Shown here: positions 59,201 to 64,000 of the stretch, one piece after another | How the letters are laid out: each line of letters begins with the position of its first letter | How positions within the stretch are numbered: position 1 is the stretch's first letter | Notes under the pieces: generated by a model | Database searches by the model: none | What the model saw: only the letters and a program-made list of their open reading frames with translations | What the model was told of the DNA's origin: nothing | Program-made: the position numbers and the translations under genes | Source: Candidatus Shapirobacteria bacterium | GTDB lineage: Bacteria; Patescibacteriota; Microgenomatia; UBA12405 | Length of the DNA: 64,000 nt | Direction: 5' to 3' | NCBI GenBank assembly: GCA_041665485.1 | Contig: JBAYIT010000001.1 | Coordinates: 8,651-72,650 of the forward strand

Positions 59201-59553
59201 TCGATATGACTTTGAACTTTTTAGCATCTGAAAAATACGCAAAATTTATGACAGGCGTTTTGTCAAGTCCTGTACACAAATGGTACTTTTTACAAACCGG
59301 AAGAATTTTTGATAACGGCGGCTTTATGACAAAGGTAGACAGCGTGAGTAATTTCCCCGTACCAACGATTAATGAAGACAATAAATTAATTTTTACTGCA
59401 GTTGAAAAACTAATAGAAAAAATACTTGACATTAAGTCACATAATAAAGAAGCAGATACAATAAAAATTGAAAACGAATTGAACGAACAAGTATATCTAC
59501 TTTATAAACTTACACCGGATGAAATTGAAATTATTAAAGAGGCAACAAAATAA
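56272..59553 (+). CDS. Eco57I/type IIG-like adenine methyltransferase with target-recognition domain
   Basis: PYLNGGLF, LGRIFE, GSFYTP, DPACGSGAF, GNPPY; TaqI-C-like C-terminus. Confidence 0.9.
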   Translation: MMQLNNDYQRDDFLKFLEEDFLTDFKRDIRSVNTSSLSSIQKANYLGESRDLDLQVFEFLFEGSPNKRIALTKDAFSVMRSSAIYNALAVFHSPNKKDWRFSLMTATPEPTQKGKVSLSYSNPRRLSFFLGPNAKTNTPTKFLINKGKIIDLEDLKKRFSIEVVNREFYKEISQTFTKLVNGLLKLPSTQDKSQANIDFAVRLIGRVIFCWFLREKKSNTGIALMPKDLLSLEAVKENDDYYHKILEPIFFEVLNKPIKLRKEDFSKEPFSSVPYLNGGLFSPQVDDYYKRTNGDFQSQHHNTLIVPDSWIKSFYEILETYNFTIDENTSYDEELSIDPEMLGRIFENLLAEINPETGESARKSTGSFYTPRIIVNYMVDESLLLYLKENTGIHEEKLRTIISYDLDDDLENPVTTDEKEKIIDALEKVKILDPACGSGAFPIGALQKIVFILQQTDPDGQMWFKKQIKNTSPEIKRVVEREFAHKNFDYIRKLGIIRENIYGIDIQPIATEISRLRCFLTLVVDEGIQEDLENRGIEPLPNLDFKFVTANTLIGLPGSQTINQMGLFEDDAGIKELKELRDMFFNASGTEREQLKLEFVQSQNHMFQRLVSEGRRGHADLTTKLTTWDPFSHKTSSWFDSEWMFGIKDGFNIVIGNPPYVQLQTNGGYLANLYENQSYSTFCRSGDIYSLFYEKGIQLITNKGCLCFISSNKWMRTSYGSKLRSFLSKLNMLNLIDFAGFQVFETAAVDTTIALVQRSENLNKLEAAHFKDNYVQGDDIRDYFNKNKVDLKNLDSEPWFIGGYETISLKSKIEHEGVPIKRWPELSINYGIKTGANDVFIINEEFRNKLINLEPQSASIMKPLLRGLHTKNYYTEWENDYLLYVPWHFPLEGAIKGSSLKAEETFKVQYPRLYEYFHSRKERLLKRNKAETGIRYEWYALQRSGSSYKSDFLKPKVVWMNMNRGWKFAYSERDFYVDMTLNFLASEKYAKFMTGVLSSPVHKWYFLQTGRIFDNGGFMTKVDSVSNFPVPTINEDNKLIFTAVEKLIEKILDIKSHNKEADTIKIENELNEQVYLLYKLTPDEIEIIKEATK

Positions 59554-59556
59554 AAT

Positions 59557-60261
59557 ATGGCTAGAGACACATTTGTTTTGAACATAGATCTTGAGAGTGG
59601 AGGTAGAAGCAGTGCTCAGATAAGCGAATATCCAGATAAGTGTCCAACGTGCCACGAAGGTGGACAGCCAAAGTTTGTTTTGGCTCATTCATTAGGTGCA
59701 GCTTGGGATTATGACGAAGTTATTGAAGCCATTTTTAAATGTCCTATAAATAAGTGTAAAAGATATTATATTGGCTATTATTACAAACCTAGTAGAACAG
59801 GCGATATCTTCTTTCTTAAAGAAACGCTTGCTCCGCAGTTTTGGAAACCAATATACTTTTCAGACGAAATCAAGAATATTAGTTCACGATTTGAAAGAAT
59901 TTACAATCAAGCCGCTATTGCTGAAAACTTTGGTTTGGATGAAATTGCCGGTGGTGGTTACCGAAAGTCATTAGAATTTTTAGTAAAGGATTACCTTATT
60001 TACCTTAAATTAAAGACTAAAACCCAAATAGCCGAATTAAAGCTTAGTAAAGCTGTTGCCTTAATTAATGACAATCGTATCCAAGTTTGTGCTAAAAGAG
60101 CTGCCTGGTTAGGTAATGATGAAATTCATTTCAATCGTGTCTGGGAAAACAAAGATATTCAAAACCTTAAGGAATTAATAAAACTTTCTACTAATTTAAT
60201 GGAAAGTGATGTAATTGCTAAAAAATACGAGAAAGAAATGCCTGAAAAAAAGAAAAATTAA
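59557..60261 (+). CDS. DUF4145 (HEPN-like) protein with N-terminal Cys pairs
   Basis: IYNQA...GYRKSLEFLVKDY...WLGNDEIH; CPTC...CPINKC. Confidence 0.75.
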   Translation: MARDTFVLNIDLESGGRSSAQISEYPDKCPTCHEGGQPKFVLAHSLGAAWDYDEVIEAIFKCPINKCKRYYIGYYYKPSRTGDIFFLKETLAPQFWKPIYFSDEIKNISSRFERIYNQAAIAENFGLDEIAGGGYRKSLEFLVKDYLIYLKLKTKTQIAELKLSKAVALINDNRIQVCAKRAAWLGNDEIHFNRVWENKDIQNLKELIKLSTNLMESDVIAKKYEKEMPEKKKN

Positions 60262-60265
60262 TTTT

Positions 60266-60499
60266 ATGAATAAATATCAACAAAGAATCAGAAACTTATA
60301 CATTTTTGACGCTAATAAACCTTTTCGTCTCTCCCGGTCAAAAATCGACATGTTTTTGGAGTGTCCCCGTTGTTTTTATCTGGATAGAAGACTGGGGCTT
60401 GGGAGACCAAGCACGCCGAGATGGTCACTAAACACAGTTGTGGATGAACTGCTTAAAATAGAATTTGACTTACTTCGAAAAAAATATGTTTATGCTTAA
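60266..60499 (+). pseudogene. N-terminal fragment of a RecB/Cas4-like PD-(D/E)XK nuclease
   Basis: LSRSKIDMFLECPRCFYLDRRLG start; stops after 77 aa, before the catalytic motifs. Confidence 0.7.
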
Positions 60500-61286
60500 A
60501 ACCTATTTTAAACAACTCATTTCATCGTTAGATTTACTTGGTGGTGCTTTTTCTGGATTAATTTTATTAATCACAGCACTTACCTACTTGTCTTATAATT
60601 TTTCAAAAGCCCCAGTGCTGATTAAGTTAGTTGTTCTGTTCATGGTCTTAGTTATTGTAATTTTTGTTGTTAGGCAGTTCAGGAAAATAAAAGACGTATT
60701 AGACGAGAAAGTTCTAAACAAGGAAATTCAATTTAAAGTTGATAGGGATAAAAAAATCAATAAATTTGACCCTTCAACAATCCCCACAACTTCAGACATT
60801 AAGAAGTGGGTAAAGTTATTGTCTATTAAATCAAGAAAATGGGCGAGTGACGCTAAGATATCGAGTTACACGTTCTACTACACATTAAAGTGGCATAAAT
60901 CTTATGGAGTTAATCACACTTTTGGTATTAGTTTTAATTCTGATGAAAGAGGTGAGAACTTAACTCTTTATATAGAAAGTAACATGGAAATCCTCACAGA
61001 ATCTATTGGTGCTAATAAACCAAAGATATCAATTGACTATGGAGAAGCCCCTTTTTATTTAAAAGTACATAATTGGAGAAAAGCTGTGATTTTCTTGTAT
61101 AGAAGGATGGAAAATAAAGTTGAAGATAGTTTCGAAATAAAAGTATCCAACAGTATGGATAGAAAAATATTCCTTTATTTTAATTATTCTTATGGACCCA
61201 AAAAAATACATTCCAGTTTTCATGGAGAGTACGATGGCAAGATACTAACTCTATATAGGACAGGTGAAAAAATTAATTTAAAATAA
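60465..61286 (+). CDS. Hypothetical protein with two N-terminal TM segments (start may be ATG 60486 or 60492)
   Basis: 273-aa ORF with a hydrophobic N-terminus. Confidence 0.7.
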   Translation: MTYFEKNMFMLKTYFKQLISSLDLLGGAFSGLILLITALTYLSYNFSKAPVLIKLVVLFMVLVIVIFVVRQFRKIKDVLDEKVLNKEIQFKVDRDKKINKFDPSTIPTTSDIKKWVKLLSIKSRKWASDAKISSYTFYYTLKWHKSYGVNHTFGISFNSDERGENLTLYIESNMEILTESIGANKPKISIDYGEAPFYLKVHNWRKAVIFLYRRMENKVEDSFEIKVSNSMDRKIFLYFNYSYGPKKIHSSFHGEYDGKILTLYRTGEKINLK

Positions 61287-61288
61287 AT

Positions 61289-61600
61289 ATGCAAGATATT
61301 GATCAAAAAATTAAAAGCGTTCTTCAAGATCTCCGAGAAGCCCACGCAGAGTCGGAAAAGCATTATGCTAAACAAATTATTCCAGGCGAACCCACAAAGC
61401 CACATGATATATACGATATGGCTTTGGCATTTGATACCGAAAAGAAAATACATTTGGAACTTAATCTTGCTAGAAGTGAAAAGTTTCCAGATCGATTCTC
61501 AGTAGAGGAGGTTGAAAGCATAAAAAGGGAAATTAACGAACTTTCTTTTAACATTAAGGCTTGGAGAAATAGAAAATTCCCCTGTCAATTTAAAGAGTAA
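61289..61600 (+). CDS. Hypothetical protein
   Basis: 103 aa, tightly packed between its neighbours. Confidence 0.6.
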   Translation: MQDIDQKIKSVLQDLREAHAESEKHYAKQIIPGEPTKPHDIYDMALAFDTEKKIHLELNLARSEKFPDRFSVEEVESIKREINELSFNIKAWRNRKFPCQFKE

Positions 61601-61604
61601 AAGT

Positions 61605-62624
61605 ATGACTGACAATATTAAACCAATTATTGAAGACATTAAAGCTCGTGGACTTGCTGCAATCGAAGATGTTGTTGCCAGGAAGGAATCTGAAATGTTT
61701 TTTATCGATTTTAAACTAACACAAAGAGATGATTACTCAAGACAAAGGACTTTATTCGAGTCTGATAAAAAGAATTTAGCAAAAGCAATTTCAGGCTTTG
61801 GAAATTCGGAAGGAGGTTTAATTATATGGGGAGTTGACGCTTCCGGAAGTTCTGATGACTATGCAAAATCAATTAAGTTAATTAAAAATATAGATAATTT
61901 TAAATCTCTCCTTGAGTCGTTTGTCTCTTTATTAACAGTCCCAGCTCATAAAAACGTTGAAAGTTTTGTGGTTAAAAAATCAAATAAGGATACTAATGGT
62001 ATTGCTGTGACTGTTATTCCAAAAGGCAACGAACGCCCTTATCAATGTATTGGTGATTATAAATATTACATGAGAGCCGGAGACTCATTTGTACCTGTCC
62101 CTCATGGGGTCTTACAAGGTATGTTTGGTCAAACTCCTCAACCAAATGTGTTTTGGATGTTTAATATTAGTAAAATTCCTAAAATTGATGAAAGTAAGGC
62201 TATGACTTGGCAAGCGGGACTGATGGCCGTTAATGGAGGCCTTGGAATAGGTGAAGACATTTATGGTTTCGCTCGAGTATGGACTCCAGGTGATAACTCA
62301 GAAATTGGTATCGAACTAATTGATCAGGTGAATTACGATTTTTTTAAAGCATATGGTATTGAATTCAGTTTTATGTCAAAGAAGGATTTTAGGCTTGGAT
62401 GTGAACAAAGGTCACAAATGATGGTTTTAAATTTTTGGCTACGTCCTCCATTTACTAAAGAACTTTATATAGATCTATTAATTGGAGGAAGAAATCAGCA
62501 AATTTATAGAAGGCTTATTAAAAGAAAACCAAAAGAGTTAACTTCTATTTACAAAAAATGCCTTACTGATCCATCAAGTGAACGCATTGAAGAAATATGG
62601 GGAGGCGAAGGAAAGATAGTCTAG
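61605..62624 (+). CDS. Schlafen/AlbA_2 domain protein
   Basis: ESEMFFIDFK...AISGFGNSEGGLIIWGV...PYQC...YYMRAGDS. Confidence 0.85.
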   Translation: MTDNIKPIIEDIKARGLAAIEDVVARKESEMFFIDFKLTQRDDYSRQRTLFESDKKNLAKAISGFGNSEGGLIIWGVDASGSSDDYAKSIKLIKNIDNFKSLLESFVSLLTVPAHKNVESFVVKKSNKDTNGIAVTVIPKGNERPYQCIGDYKYYMRAGDSFVPVPHGVLQGMFGQTPQPNVFWMFNISKIPKIDESKAMTWQAGLMAVNGGLGIGEDIYGFARVWTPGDNSEIGIELIDQVNYDFFKAYGIEFSFMSKKDFRLGCEQRSQMMVLNFWLRPPFTKELYIDLLIGGRNQQIYRRLIKRKPKELTSIYKKCLTDPSSERIEEIWGGEGKIV

Positions 62625-62642
62625 TTAGTGACATTCAGTGAT

Positions 62643-64000
62643 ATGGATTATCTAAAAGACAAACGAGAATATATTGACCGCTATGACTTGTGGACCATTG
62701 AGGAATGTTTAAAGTGGTACTGGGATCTTAAAGATAATTTTCAAAAACACCGAAAGAACAAGGAATTTATTAAATATTCTGATGAGGAATTTGACGAAGA
62801 GGTGGGTAAAGTTTTATACCGCTTCTTATTGACTGTCAAAACCCAAAGATTTGAAAATAAACAAAAAACCATTGAAAAGTGGATCGATGACGACAAAAGG
62901 CTTCAAGACAAACAAGACAATACTCAGGCTCCCGAAAATATTAAGTGCCCAATATGCGGCAGGCAAATGGAATTAACCATAAAGGGCTTACACAATACTT
63001 ATGGCAAAGATCCAAAAATGTGGTTTATGTTTGAATGCAAAAAATGTAATAAACGAAGATCGGTTAACGAAGATGGAAGTGAGTGGAAGTACGAAAAACC
63101 AAAATGTCCCAAATGTAAGGCTGTACTAAAAACTGAGAATAAGTACGAGGGTGAGATTGCGACATTCATCGAAGAATGTCCCAAGTGTGGTTACAAAAAC
63201 GTGGATGTCAGCGATCATAAAAAATGGAAACGAGAGCAAGAGGCCAAGGAAAAAAGAAATAAGGAATTATTGGAGAAATATCGGGAGGAGTTTTGTTTAT
63301 CCGAAGAAAAAGGGAAAGAAATGGTTGAGCTAATGGAAGTTTTAGCCTTTGCCCATGAGGTCAGAGAGTTTGAAGCCAGTAAATATGACGATCCGGCTTT
63401 TGAAAAAGCGGCCACAATTAACAAGATTGGTATTGCTGAGGTAGAAAAAACGTTGGGTGAGGTTTTAGAAAAGGAAAGTTACACCAAGTTCTCAACAGAT
63501 AAACCCGAAATTGACCGCTATGTAATCGTCCCGTTTAGTCTTCAGGATGGTGATAGTTTGAGAAATAGAAGAGATACCCTGCGTGAATTAGAAAAGCTTA
63601 TTTGTAAGACCCTTGAGGGGACTAATTGGCGATTATTAAGCGGGAGTTTAATGAACCGACTCGGATTTATTTCGGGAAGATTAAAAGGATACGAACAGGA
63701 GGAAGACTTGCAGGAAATTTGTGGTTACAAAAAAGAGAAAGAGAAGAAAAAGTTGGATCCGGAGAAACTGGCGAAATATGGGAGTAACAATATGGTCCAA
63801 TTGGAAAAGATGCTTGGTGAACATGATGGGGTTGAAAACATGAGAAAGAGAAGACTTGTTAAAGAACCAAATGGATTTTTACTTGACAATACGGGTAGTT
63901 CATATACCTGTACTATTTGCCATGAACAATCACCTACGGGAGAAACATGGTGGTTACCTGATGCCTTGTGGTGTAAGGAGTGTAAAAGAAATATAGATGA
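62643..64000 (+). CDS. Multi-zinc-ribbon hypothetical protein, 3'-incomplete (absent from the ORF track)
   Basis: Open frame MDYLKDKREYIDRYD... to the window end, with CPIC, CKKC, CPKC, CPKC, CTIC and CKEC. Confidence 0.85.
   Translation, partial: MDYLKDKREYIDRYDLWTIEECLKWYWDLKDNFQKHRKNKEFIKYSDEEFDEEVGKVLYRFLLTVKTQRFENKQKTIEKWIDDDKRLQDKQDNTQAPENIKCPICGRQMELTIKGLHNTYGKDPKMWFMFECKKCNKRRSVNEDGSEWKYEKPKCPKCKAVLKTENKYEGEIATFIEECPKCGYKNVDVSDHKKWKREQEAKEKRNKELLEKYREEFCLSEEKGKEMVELMEVLAFAHEVREFEASKYDDPAFEKAATINKIGIAEVEKTLGEVLEKESYTKFSTDKPEIDRYVIVPFSLQDGDSLRNRRDTLRELEKLICKTLEGTNWRLLSGSLMNRLGFISGRLKGYEQEEDLQEICGYKKEKEKKKLDPEKLAKYGSNNMVQLEKMLGEHDGVENMRKRRLVKEPNGFLLDNTGSSYTCTICHEQSPTGETWWLPDALWCKECKRNID

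Larger units (their letters stand above)
44365..64000. mobile_element. Integrated island/prophage-like element adjacent to tRNA-Ser; right end outside the window
   Basis: Abrupt switch from housekeeping genes to recombinase, terminase, MTases, excisionase-like HTH and defence-type genes. Confidence 0.8.

Noticed and set aside
52991-59553. Complete DISARM or BREX system
   Set aside because: No DrmA/DrmB, PglZ or BrxC homologs recognised in the window.
44340-64000. att duplication of the tRNA-Ser 3' end
   Set aside because: No second copy found by eye; the island's far end is probably outside the window.

Overview
Gene-dense bacterial DNA in standard code 11 (TGA acts as a stop). The gene content and style suggest a Patescibacteria/CPR genome, probably Microgenomates; this is inference. 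Positions 1-44.2 kb are host backbone: carbon metabolism (rpe, pfkB, fba, split transketolase, ppdK, eno, gpmA), cell-envelope genes (MraY/WecA-like, GT-C, GT2, two tandem class A PBPs, CapA, GH25 lysozyme), groESL with CIRCE-like operators, a VapBC pair, a MacAB-type ABC exporter, tRNA-Cys(GCA) and tRNA-Ser(GCT). From the 3' end of tRNA-Ser (44365) to the window end lies an integrated island. It carries a large serine recombinase; a ParB-MTase/MTase/TerS/TerL operon with no portal or capsid gene in view; an excisionase-like HTH; a PLD-SNF2 helicase plus adenine MTase pair; and DUF4145, Schlafen/AlbA_2 and multi-zinc-ribbon proteins. Most notable signals: (1) a four-helix-bundle (IVP/Avd-like) gene bracketed by inverted 7-bp tandem arrays, with similar short-period arrays between genes and in-frame inside enolase, phosphoglycerate mutase and transketolase; (2) the head-less terminase module; (3) a pervasive -10 hexamer + 5-8 nt + start codon architecture suggesting leaderless transcripts; (4) a 53-bp identical tract shared by the two PBP paralogs next to the active-site serine. 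All calls come from reading motifs by eye; no database search was run.
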